From Nageia nagi (taxonomy: Eukaryota; Plantae; Pinophyta): a DNA stretch of 64,000 nucleotides. The position numbers were made by a program, and so were the translations under genes. Of the stretch, positions 52,308 to 64,000 are shown one piece after another; position 1 is the first letter of the stretch; every line of letters begins with the position of its first letter. Under the pieces are notes generated by a model. It searched no databases, was not told the DNA's origin, and saw only the letters and a program-made list of their open reading frames with translations. The stretch is taken from the NCBI GenBank assembly GCA_050084985.1, contig JBITNC010000001.1, positions 134,540,001-134,604,000 of the forward strand, read 5' to 3'.

Positions 52308-53828
52308 TTAATTCCTGATCTCCAACACCGTGGTTTGGCGCATATCCTGGATGAATGCCTCCAAGTTCTCCAAGGAAGAACCTCCGCCCATCACCGCCTG
52401 ACCTGCCGCCTCCTTCAGTTTTCGGGAGGTGTTCCTCGCCTCCTTCCCTTCCTCACTTTGCATCAATCTCCTCACTGCACTCTCTATCTCCTCCCTCGTC
52501 ACCAATCTCTCGTCATCCATGTCCAACTCACTGAAATCCATACCAACCTTCCAAATATCTTTTGCAATTCTGCAGTTGAGAGATTGGTCGCCGAAATAAG
52601 GCCAACCCAACATTGGTACTCCCATGCTTATGCTCTCCAGCGTTGAATTCCATCCACTGTGAGTCAGAAATCCTCCCACAGAAGGGTGCGAAAGCACCTT
52701 CATCTGCGGTGCCCAACTCACAAACAGTGCTCGATCCTTAGTTCGTTGATTGAAATCCTCCGGCCAAGCAGGAGATTCTCCATGAGCCAGATCTGAACGG
52801 AGTACCCACAGGAAGGGCTGCCCGCTTGCTTCCAGCCCCAACGCCATTTCTTCCAACTGCTGTTGGGACTTGACCGCCAGACTGCCAAAGGAAACGTACA
52901 CAACAGAACCCAGAGGGTGCGTGTCAAGCCACTTCAGACAGCTCTCGTCTTCCTCCCACATACTGCTTTGGACGGATTCATTTGTTCCTAGTAAGAAACC
53001 CGGCAGAAATACAGGACCTATGGCTACTGCTGGGCACCCGTTCACGGAAAGCGCTGCCGTGGCTTCTCTCGCTTCTAATTCTTCAAAGGTGTTGACGAGC
53101 ACGTAGTCAACCCCTTTATTCACCATTTCAGATTCATACAGAAGGGTCTTGAACTTAAGTCCGGATTCGTGCTCACGGTAGGAGGACATTAAATCGCTGG
53201 GCAATAACAGTGGTATATTCCCCGGCAGACTCCTTATAACTCTGTCCCTAGAGTTCTTCGCATCTGAAAGCATAAAAATCAGTTCCTATGTTGAAATGGA
53301 TAAAAATGGTGCCAACATTTACAGGTATTATAAATTACCTTTCACTGGAATGTGTCCCTCTGAGAGTAGCAAATGAGCTTGTTTTTGTGCGATGGAAGCA
53401 GCGGCGCAAAGAGGCCAGAAGAGAACCGTTGGCAGTCCCATATTGGCGGCCACAGAGTGGGTGCAGGACATGAAAGCGTCTGAGATGATACATGTGATGG
53501 GAGGAATAGTCAAATTGTCCAGAGCAGAGCGCAGCACCATCTCCAAGGCAGAGGGCCACAATGCTGCAATGCCGTCGATAGTTCGTCCAATTGTTGGTCC
53601 GACCGTGCGCAGCTGGGCAAGCCGTCTGGAAAAGCCAAAAATCTGAAATTGGCACGTCGGGAACATGCTCTGCAGATCCAAAAATGCGTTTGTGGTCCAT
53701 TCGGTGGAAGGAAGATGAGAAATGGATGTGCTGGGAAGCAGCTCGAAGCCTGCAAATTGACTGTGTGCAGGAAGCGGCACCAAAACCGCATGCAGAGTAT
53801 GGGTATGGATGTCTGGGCGGTTCATCAT
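52308..53828 (-). pseudogene. UGT copy 3; join(complement 53339..53828, 52308..53263), exon 1 scrambled by compensating indels, catalytic His replaced by Gln
   Basis: Exon 2 intact with PSPG box. Canonical 75-bp GT-AG intron at 53264-53338. 53555-53765 carries many small indels relative to copies 1/2. PAHSQ replaces PAQGH. TATA box degenerate. Confidence 0.82.
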
Positions 53829-56611
53829 TTTCTCTGTAGCTCTCTCTCTGATAGTGATATGCTCTCTATAAGCCTTTCACAGACTGGATATGAATTTGTT
53901 TGAAACGTGAAAGGCTTGGCAAACATAGCCAACAATTCCAAGAGCGAACAACACACTTTTTGTGTTGGATGGTAGATTGCGGTTTTCATACTGCTAGATA
54001 ATAATAGAGCTCAATGTGTGGTTGTCAGGAGCTAGATGATACGGCCAACTGCCAAGAATGGTCATGTTATAACTTTATCCAAAATGATAATTAAGATTTC
54101 TAATCCTAAACTTTAGTTAGAATATTTAAAACCACCTTTTGCACTATGAACGATATTGCTTATTTTTTTAAATATTATATAATAATATATTAAGAACAAA
54201 TAATATATAAACATCATTTTCATCTTAGTTGTTTTTTTCATAATCAATTTTTTTTTATGACTTTTACATCATAATATATCATAGAACACATTTCATCAAA
54301 AATTAACCTCCCAATAGATTTAGTTCTATCTTAAGTATTTTTATAATAATTTAGATTATTTTTGTTCCTTCAAATCTTTATCATATGCAAACCATTACAA
54401 CGACTCTCATAACCATGTTAGTGTTTTCAATTCCTTTTATAATACAACCTATAATTTCTCTTCTCAATCCTTCATATATATAGCAACATAGATAGTTTTT
54501 AAATAGTATGTTTATCATCTTGTAACTTTTGTTCCATTTAGGATTGAATATTTATCCTAGATCTAACACTTTTGAATTATTTAAGATGATGACCTTGTTT
54601 CAATAAATGTAACTTGACTAAAAGAAAGGATGGATCACTTTTAAGATCATCTTAGTGATTTATATAAACAAACTATATATCCTCACTTGTACTCATCTCT
54701 TATAACCTCTTCCTTTACCTAAACATCCATAGCCATCCCTTAATATTTCAATTTTAAAATGATGTTAATAGAAACACAATATTGGGCAATTAAGGGAATA
54801 CAAATTATCTTTTTAATCATGGTAAAGCTGAACAAAAAAAAAAATAAAATTCTTTTATCTCATGCATTTGAATGCTTCTATAAAACGTTTAAAAAACTCC
54901 ATCAAACTTCCTTTCCCTTATAAATCATTTCAAGATTAACATTGAAAAAAGTAACCCTTATTCATACAGCTATAAGGTCCTGGTGGATGGGGATATCGAC
55001 CTTCCTTTATTTGATCAATTTTATTGAGATTATAGGAGTCCATAGAAAATAAGGGATGGTAATTCTCCAATCTTGCCCCAACAAAAGTGGCTAAGAAAAA
55101 TCATGTGATGTTTGAACATAATGGTGAAATTTTCATCCAATGTGAGGTATTTGATAACCTTGTTAATCATCCTTATCCCAAGGACTTTTCAATTGATCCC
55201 TAACAAATCCAAACCAAGACTTAATTCCTCACTATTGATTGCAAAATCATGTACCTTTCTTGAATATAAGATTTAAGACTATTATCAAATGGGGTTAATT
55301 CAATACATGCATGGAACAAGAAACTTTAGTGGAAGGTTGTTAATTCTTCCCTCTATTTATGGTTGAATGCCTAATGGTCTAAAAATACCTTAGCTAAAAT
55401 AAAATACCAAGGCTTATGGTATGACTTACCAGCAACAAACATGATAAGCTAACCATGGAAAAGGTTTCTCTATGAATTTCAATTGAGTTATGAAATTATA
55501 ATTGAATGTTTCTTATCACTACTGAAACTATCACTTTAGAAGATTGAATCTCTCTCGAATGTCAAGCTTTATAGATCAATTAATTGAAAGAAAGCAAAAA
55601 AATAGATTAAAAAGTAAATAAAATAAACCACACAAACACTTTGTATCTCCCTTTTGGATCTTTCAAGATTTATATCATATTAGTATTTCCTATCGAAAAA
55701 TTGATTACCATGTAGCCCATCTGCATTGCATGAGGAACAATTTCAAATTATGGGTCAATGCAAGAAGTTAGGGTCCACTTTATGACTAAAAATTGGAAGT
55801 GTTTTCCTTGATTTTAAAGATTTATCACAATTGATCTCAAAATTTGAAGCACTTAGATATAGAATCTTGAAAAAGATCACACAATAAAATGTAGTGCTCA
55901 AAGTCTAGTTTTTAAATATGTAATTTATTCCAATACCTAGATGATAGAAATTAAATTTTGATAAGGATGAATAAAACAATTTTTAAAATATATTATTTCA
56001 CAACCATACCATGCACATTTTCAAAAGTATAATTTGACCTACATTAAAGTATTTTTTAAATCCTTTTGGGAAAAGATACCTAACACACTAAAGCTTGTCC
56101 TAAATATTTTTTATAATTTTTCCATGAATATTTTTTTTTTATTAATTTTACATTGATCATGACTATTATTTTAAAAATTGATAGTGTCTGGCATACATAA
56201 TTTGACCTAAACTTATCAATTTTTCAAAAAATAATTGTAGAGAATTATTTGTAGTGTCCTTGTATATTTTTTTTCAAAATTCTCAAAAAATAAAAAGTTG
56301 TTAGAAATGTAAGAAACCTTGATATTTCAAGTAGATGGACCAATTTCATTTAAAATTAATTGAAAAATATAAAATATAATCTAATTATCAAAAAAAATAC
56401 ATATTTGAAATTTGTACTCTCATTTGTAATGGGTTTTAATTTTGTGAAAAGATTCTACCAAAAACTCCATCAAATGTTTACCAAAAGTCAAATTTTCCAT
56501 AGTAATTACCATGAATATGTACTTGAAGGTCCAAGGCTAAGGGTTGGCTCACCAAACCTTTCCTAAGCCTAAATTCAATCTTAAATCAAAACCAAATAGA
56601 TTTTCAATTCA

Positions 56612-57215
56612 AATAATGAGATCCCATTATATAATGAGATCTAATTATATAATTGAATCCCTTTTATCTATAACGAGATCCTATTATATAAAATAATAAT
56701 GCCCATTGTAAAAAGAAAAGAGAATCCATTTTATAATGAGATCCTATTCCTGTTATATTTGTAACTAATAGAAACTACTTTAGGATAGGATTTTGCATAA
56801 TTTCCTCCTTTAATCTTCATACTATATTGATAACATTATGTTTTTTGCAAAAAAAAAAGTCATTTTTATCTTATGCATGTAACTCATTCAATACAAATAT
56901 TGCAGTTTGAGACCTGAGGTGACCATTACAATTATTTTAAAGGTTAATTATGTATTTTTTCAAAAGAAATAAGTGTTTGAAGTTATTATATTGTATTTTG
57001 AAAATTAAGGCAACCATTACAATTATTCTGAAGGTCAATTAAGGATTTTTTTAAAAGAAATGTGGTGTTGAAACTTTTATGGGTTTCCAAAAGAAATTCA
57101 TTTTGATATTTTTGTTAGTTTCAAAAGAAATATGGTGTTGAAGCTTTATTTAGATTTCAAAAGAAATACAATGTTGAAGCTTTTATGAGTTTTGAAAAAA
57201 AAAAGTGTTGCCTGC
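56612..57215. repeat. Clusters of short degenerate direct repeats
   Basis: 'ataatgagatc(c/t)' recurs ~5 times (56612-56745), 'ccattacaattatt' twice, and 'tcaaaagaaat..gtgttgaagctt' ~5 times (56960-57215). Confidence 0.7.
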
Positions 57216-57361
57216 TTTTATGAGGACTTGAGAAAGATCCCTTGGAGTTTGCTTGCATCAATGGTTGGAAATACTTTTATTTGATTCTTATTTATGGAAT
57301 TTAGTTAATGTTCAACTTTACATGATTGAAGCAAGAGTTTTTTTAATTTAAATTTAACACT

Positions 57362-57735
57362 ACACTCCACACCCTAAACCCTATTCCCTAGGCTTCCACA
57401 TCCTAATCCCTAAACTCCACACCCTAATCCCTAATCACTAAACTCCACACCTTAATCCCTAAAATCCACACCTAATCCCTAAACTCCACACCCTAATCAC
57501 TAAAATCCACACCTAATCCATAAACTCCACACCCTAAACCCTATTCCCTAGACTCTATACCCTAAACTTTATTCCTTAAACTCCACACCCTAACCACTAA
57601 TCCTCAAACTCCCCCACACCATAATCCCTACGCTCTACACCTTAATCCCTAAATTCCACACCCTAATCCCTAAACTCCACACCTTATCCCTAAAATCCAT
57701 AGTATAATCACTTATCCCTAAACTACATACCTAAT
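57362..57735. repeat. Telomere-derived minisatellite, ~21-bp unit CCCTAAT-CCCTAAA-CTCCACA
   Basis: About 16 degenerate units built from heptamers related to the plant telomere repeat CCCTAAA. Confidence 0.9.
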
Positions 57736-57777
57736 GAAGAGGGTTTAGAAATCATGGTGATAAAAAAATAAAAATAA

Positions 57778-58969
57778 AAAAAGAAGACCAAGGAAGGTCA
57801 TGTCACCTAAAGAAATTTGTGCAAATAGAGAGAAGGACACAAAATGAAAAAGAGATAGAAGAGCAAGGATTAAAGAACTAAATAATATTGAAGCATCAAG
57901 TTCCATGGTAATTAAGGAGGAGAACATTCAAGAGAACATGTATGAAGCAATGAATGTATATGATGCAAGTGTGGAAGAGAGAGAATACGATAAAAGCTTC
58001 AAATCTAAGTATGTCTTCAAATCCACTATTGAATGAAGCTTCAAATAAATGATTATGGATATGAATCTAGGTATGTCTTTGAATCCACCTTTGAATGATA
58101 TTGAAAATGAGAATATTGAAACATATGATGTAGATATGTCTTCAAATATATCTTTTTATAATACTAATGATATCAATTCTATTAGGAATGAACAAACATA
58201 AATAATCAATGAGATTGAAACCCCTAGTAGTTTGGATAAAAAATATGAAGATAGTTTTTTTTTTAAATTGAAAGTAATATCTTAGAGAATGCCCTTGGTA
58301 AGATATCTGAGAGGCAAATTAGGACACATGAAAAAAAGAATATATGATCAATTTTTCTCTAATAAGGAGTTAGGATTTCAATGTAACCTCATGCTGCAAT
58401 TAATGAGAATTTAAAAAATGATAAAAATAATGAAAAATTTTGGCATTGGTGTGAAAAAATATGAACCCCTAAAATAAGTTATATCTATTGTTGCTAGTGC
58501 CATGGAATCTATTAGAAAAAAGAGTTTATTTAAAGATAGGAATGTGGTACGAAGAGGCATAATGACTACTTTAGTAAATAAAACAACTTCAAAGAAAAAA
58601 TGATTGGTAACCATAATGGATATCTAAATATACATCTTAAAACTTTGCAAAGAGTCATAAAGAGAAAACAAAGTATTAAATGTGATCCAATCAACTAATG
58701 TTGGATTTTCAATTGTAGAATCCTTAGGTTTAATATGAAATTAACTAATGAGATCAAATCTTAAAATAAAAAATATTGGCCTAATAATACAAGGGTATCA
58801 CCTAATATTAGAGATGTTTTAAAATTAAGAATTGGATCAAAATATTGGAATCTCATCCAAAACACCTATTAGATATGACTCAAAATGAATTGTATTAAAA
58901 AAAATTAAATGATAAAGTGTTAAGTAGATTTAATATTCTAGCATAAGTCAAAGATCATTTGAAAAATAT
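57778..58969 (+). pseudogene. Decayed ORF of unknown, probably DNA-transposon, protein
   Basis: Stop/frameshift-interrupted but protein-like: KRRPRKVMSPKEICANREKDTK*KRDRRAR ... YWPNNTRVSPNIRDVLKLRIGSK..HPKHLLDMTQNELY...SISQRSFEK. Ends abruptly at a TGTAGAC LTR-like start. Confidence 0.45.
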
Positions 58970-59284
58970 TGTAGACACAAAAAATAATTCTTTTTGAATG
59001 AAATGAGTCAATTGCATTGGAATGCTTAATTCATGTTTTTTGTCTTAATTTCTAAATATCTAAATGATCCAAAAGCAAATATTCTAAAGAGCTAAATATT
59101 CCTGAATTGTAAAAATAAATCAAAATGAGCTAAAATAACTTAAACTAAAATAAAGTGCAAAAGTGGATATCTAGATATGTTCACTTAAGTTGTAAAAGAG
59201 GTATATAGATCATTGAAAAATTAGAACTCATCTCTCCTAATTAAGTATTAACTTACACACTTATGATTTTTATGCTCACATTTG

Positions 59285-62200
59285 TGTTGAGTATGAAGCC
59301 AATTTCATAAGCCAAAAGATGAAATAATATGATATATAATATTGTTTGAGGTAATACAATCCATATATGACCTCAAAATGTTGTGCAAACCTCATAAATA
59401 GATAGATCTTTCTAAGTACATACGAAATGAGTGGTCACATGCCTACCTTTAAATCATCTAGAGCAAATTGGTGGGGTGAGAAGCTAACTGATGGGATGAG
59501 GGCCAACTAGCAATAATTAGCCGATGCATCAACTAAAACTAACCAATAAGCTGGTTAGAAAAGATGACAAGGATAATACTAGTTGACCAACTGGGCCTGA
59601 TGAACTAGTTTCGTACGTTAGAATTGGTATGTAGCACACCAGCTAGAAAATAGAGAGCATGAATGTTTGGATTAAAATAGAAAATTCTCCACCTACCTTC
59701 ATCATTAAGCCTTGGGAATCTCACCCATAGTGGAGGGGTTACCTAGCACTGTATTTGACTCATATTGGGTTTAAGATGATTTAGATTTGATCTATAATTT
59801 GAGGGCCTTGGATTGAAGGTTGCATTATGTAGTTTTAGAAGCCAAGAGCTTTGTAATAGGTGCCTCTTTGTATAAGAGCTTAGAGAGATAGTTTGAGAGA
59901 TTTGTAGTGAGGTCCAAAGTGAGTGTTGTAGAAAGGTTATGTTATTGTTTTCATTTGGAACACTTGGAGAAGTGAATACAAGGGTTGGAAGCTTCTTAGT
60001 GGATGTATCCCACATTGGGAGAACCACTTAAATCTCTCTTATCTCTATTCTGTTGTGTGATTATTTCTACTTCTCATTGCTAGTTTAAAGAGTACTTTGT
60101 TGATTTATTTTTCCAAATTCATTATGATCAAGTTTATATGACATAGATTAAACTCAACAAGTGGTATCAAAGCTTGTTATTTTATTGGGTTTTGCTTGGT
60201 GAATCTTGTGTGGAGATTGGAACCAAGGAGAGCATTATGGCTGAAGAAGGGAGGCTAAAGGTTGAAAGGTTTAATGGGATGGATTTCATTTTTGGATAAA
60301 GCAAATGGAATACTACCTCTACCAAACTCTTGAAGACAAGAGTAAGAAACCCTCATCCATGAGTGATGAAAAGTGGAATTTGTTGGATAGAAAAGCTTTG
60401 AGGTTGTTAGACTTTGTTTAAGTTCTAGTGTAGCTTTCAACATTTTCAATGAGAAAACTACTAAAGGAGTAATGGATAAACTTGCAAAAATGTATGAAAA
60501 ATCATCTTCCTCTAACAAATTTTATTTGATGAAGAAGCTATTTAACATGAAGATGAATGATGGTAGTTTAGTTTAAGATCATGTTAATGAATTCAATAGA
60601 ATCACAAATCAATTAACTTCCATCAAAATATAGTTTGAATATGAAATAAGAGCTCTAGATAGTTGGAATAGCTTTGTTATGGCTGTTAGTAACTCTTCTA
60701 ATACAACTTTGTTCTTTGATGAAATTGTTGGAACAATTTTAAGTGAAGATATGAAAAGAAAGTCTACATGTGAAAGTTCAAGTGCAACTCTTTCAATGGA
60801 GATAGGAGGAACATCAAAGGAAAGGATAAGAAGCAAGTCAAGAGGCAAATCCAAGGGAATATCACAATCTAGAGGCAAAAGTAAAATGGAATGTTGGCAT
60901 TGTGGTAAAAAGGATTGTTAGAGTTTGAAAGGTAAAAATGTAGAAAGTAGGAATAATAGCAATGAAAGCACAAGTAATCAAGAAGCTAACATTATTGGGG
61001 AAATAATGCAAGATGCTCTAATCATGTCTCTTGAAAAGAATGATGATTATTGGGTGCTTGATTAGGTGCTTCATATCATGCTACTTCACATAAGGAATAT
61101 TTCACAAATTACACACAAGGTGATTTTGGTGAAGTATTATTAGGTAATAAACACCCATGCAAGATTGTTGGTATAGGAAACATGACAATGAAATTACCAA
61201 ATGGATCAAAATGGACTCTTTATGATGCTAGACACATTTCAAATATTGAAATAAATCTTATATTAGGAAGCAAATTAGATAAGGAAAGATATGTGATTAT
61301 ATTTGGTAATTCTATTTGGAAAGTAACAAAAGGTTCATTGGTAGTTACAAAGAGTAATTTGGTTGGCACTCTTTATTTACTCACAAATGTCTTTGATTAC
61401 TCCATGATTCTTGTTTCAATAGGTGAAAATGCAATACTATGGCACAATAGACTTGGGCACATGAGTGAGAAAGGTATGAAAATTTTACACTCAAAATGCT
61501 TGCTTCCAAATCTAAAGAGAGTTGATATGGGATTTTGTGAAGATTGTGTATTGAAAACAAAGGAGAGTTAGTTTTTTAAAAGTTGGCAAAGATAAGAAAA
61601 TTCAAAAGTTAGAGTTGGTTCATATAGATGTATGGGGTCCTTCACAAGTTTGCTCACTTGGTGGTTCATCTTACTTTGTAACTTTCATAGATGACTCTAT
61701 TACAAAGACATGGGTGTATTGCATTAAAAGAAAATATGATGTGCTTGAGAGATTTAAGATTTGGAAAGCCTTAGTTGAAGATGAAACTAATATTAAGTTG
61801 AAATTTCTCAAATTTGGTGAATTTTGTAGCAAAGAGTTTGACATATTTTGTTCACACAATGGCATTAGAAGAATTAAGGTGGTTCCTAGAACTCCAAAAG
61901 AAAATGGAGTTGCAGAAAGAATGAATAGGACTATCTTGGAAAGGGCTAAAAGCATGAGGATACATGCAGGAATACCTTTCAATCTTTGGGCTAATGCTAT
62001 TGATATTATTATTTACTTGATTAATAGGGGTCCATATATGGCTTTATATGGAGGCATTCTAAAAGAGATGTGGAAAGTTAAAAAGGTGAACTGCTCATTC
62101 TTAAGAGTTTTTGGTTGTAAAGCATTTGCACATGTTGATAAAGAATATAGAAAGAAACTTGATGCAAAGTCACAAAAATGTTATTTCATTAGATATGGTG

Positions 62201-64000
62201 TTGATGGTTTGGGTTACAGATTATGGGATGTTGATAACCATAAAATCTTTAGAAGTAGAGATGTAATATTCAATGAGAAAAACATGTACAAAGATAGGTT
62301 GCATGTTGTACAAAAGGAAAAGAATGAGAAACCAAGGTTTGTAACTCTTTATGACAACAATGAGAATGAGAAACCTAAAGAACAAAATGAAGCTCCTCCT
62401 TCAAGGACTAGTAAATTTCCCAAATGTTATTCCCCTTCTCTTTATTATGTGCTTTATATTGACATTGGTGAACCTAAATGTTTTGATGAAGCCATGGAAA
62501 CTAGTATAAGGATTAAGTGGGAGCATGCCATGAAGGAAGATATGGACTCTTTACTTCATAATCAAACTTGGAGTTTGGTTAAGCTTCTAAGGGTAAGAAA
62601 GCACTTACTAATAAATGGGTGTATAGGATAAAGGAAGAAGGAAATGGACAAAAGAGGTACAAAGCAAGACTTGTGGTAAAAGGTTTTGTACAAAAGAAAG
62701 GTATAGATTTTGATGAGATTTTTTATTCAATTGTAAAAATGACATCCATTAAAATAATATCAAGTATTGTTGCAACTGAAAATCTATTTCTTGAACAATT
62801 GGATGTAAAGATAGCTTTTCTCCATGGTGACTTAGAATATGAGATTTACATGCATCAACCTCAAGGTTTTGAAGTCAAAGGTAAAGAAGGTTATGTATGT
62901 AAATTGGAAAAGAATTTATATGGTTTAAAGCAATCCCCTAGACAATGGTACCTTAAATTTGACAATTTCATGTTAACAAATGAATTCACTAGATATCAAT
63001 CGGATCATTGTGTTTACTTTAAGAAGACAACAAATGATAACTATGTGATCTTGCTTTTGTATGTGAATGATATGCTAGTAGCAAGATCTAGTATGCATGA
63101 TATTATTGATCTTAAAGAAAATTTGACTAAAAAATTTGAAATGAAAGATTTAGGGGAAGCTAAGAAAATTATTAGAATGAAAAGAATAAGAGACAAAGAA
63201 AACCACATGCTAAGGTTATGTCAAGAGGACTATGTTGAAAAAGTGCTTAAAAGGTTTAATATGAAACACGAAAATCTGTAACAACACCATTGGAAAAACA
63301 TTTCAAACTCACTAAACATTTAAGTCTTAAGAGTGATAAGGAAAAAGATTATATGACTAAGTTCTTTATCCTTTAGTGATTGGGAGTTTAATGTATTCAA
63401 TGGTGTGTACTAGACTAGATATAGCACAAGCAGTGGGAGTTGTAAGCAGGTATATGAGTAATCCAAGAAAGGGGCATGGGGAAGTAGTAAAATGGATCCT
63501 TAGGTATTTAAGTGGTACTTCTCATTATTCATTATGTTTTGGAGGATCTAATGCTTGTTTACAAGGTTATGTTGATTCTGACATGGTAAGTGATTTAGAT
63601 GGTGGGAGAAGAAATCCAAGTTATGTATTTACCATTGGTGGTACAACAGTTAGTTGGAACTCTAAGATCCAACAAGTTGTGGCTCTCTCTACTATAAAAG
63701 TTGAGTATGTTGCTGCTATAGAGGCAAGAAAAGAGCTAATTTGGTTACAAAGATTGTTGGAGGAATTAGGTAAGGTGCAAGAGAATGCAAAACTATGGTT
63801 GATAGCTAAAGTGCTATCCATATTACAAAGAACTCAACCTTCCACTCTAGAACCAAACACATCAAAGTGAGGTATCACCTCATCAGAGTAGCATTGGAGG
63901 ATGGATTAGTAAATTTGGGCAAGATTCACACTTCTCAAAACCCTACATACATGTTCATTAAAGTTGTAACAAAGGAGAATTTTGCTTTTGCTCAATTTTG
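59285..64000 (+). mobile_element. Ty1/copia LTR retrotransposon 2 (5' LTR plus decayed gag-pol, truncated by window end)
   Basis: Putative LTR 59285-60159 (TGTTGAGT...ACTCAACA). PBS TGGTATCAAAGC at 60162-60173. gag ATG at 60237 (MAEEGRLKVERFNG), CWHCGKK knuckle, integrase (WHNRLGHMSEKG, VHIDVWGP, ENGVAERMN), RT (QLDVK, LYGLKQSPRQW, LLLYVNDML) and RNase H. Confidence 0.93.

Noticed and set aside
54400-55500. Possible CACTA or LINE coding relic on the minus strand
   Set aside because: Only vague motif resemblance after manual translation, too decayed to call.
57362-57735. True telomere or CRISPR-like array
   Set aside because: Interstitial, degenerate and without unique spacers, in a eukaryotic context with no cas genes.
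1-64000. Multi-enzyme biosynthetic gene cluster
   Set aside because: Only UGT paralogs are present. No P450, terpene synthase, acyltransferase or similar gene was found in this window.

Overview
AT-rich, repeat-laden plant nuclear DNA. The PLS-PPR repeat wording and LTR families look gymnosperm-like (inference). There is a 100-N scaffold gap at 34581-34680. The backbone is a tandem array of minus-strand, two-exon family-1 UDP-glycosyltransferases (UGT85/group-G-like). Copy 1 (2771-4332) is intact. Copy 2 (22703-24265) has an AG>CG splice-acceptor mutation and a C-terminus rebuilt from filler DNA at a junction with a gypsy integrase. Copy 3 (52308-53828) has a scrambled exon 1 lacking the catalytic His and is a mosaic of copies 1 and 2. 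A fourth copy survives only as promoter plus 13 codons (32661-32875). Between the copies lie a full-length decayed Ty1/copia with TSD (5115-10018), a second copia running off the window (59285-64000), two decayed PLS-PPR segments (one ending in DYW), nested gypsy relics, a probable pol-less gypsy with an antisense Plant Mobile Domain, and LINE, SINE and MULE relics. Also present are a near-perfect 55-bp-stem hairpin upstream of copy 2 and a telomere-derived 21-bp minisatellite. No multi-enzyme biosynthetic cluster or wholly new system is evident. The most interesting signals are the birth-and-death/gene-conversion history of the UGT array and its rearrangement scars. All identity figures are by-eye counts.
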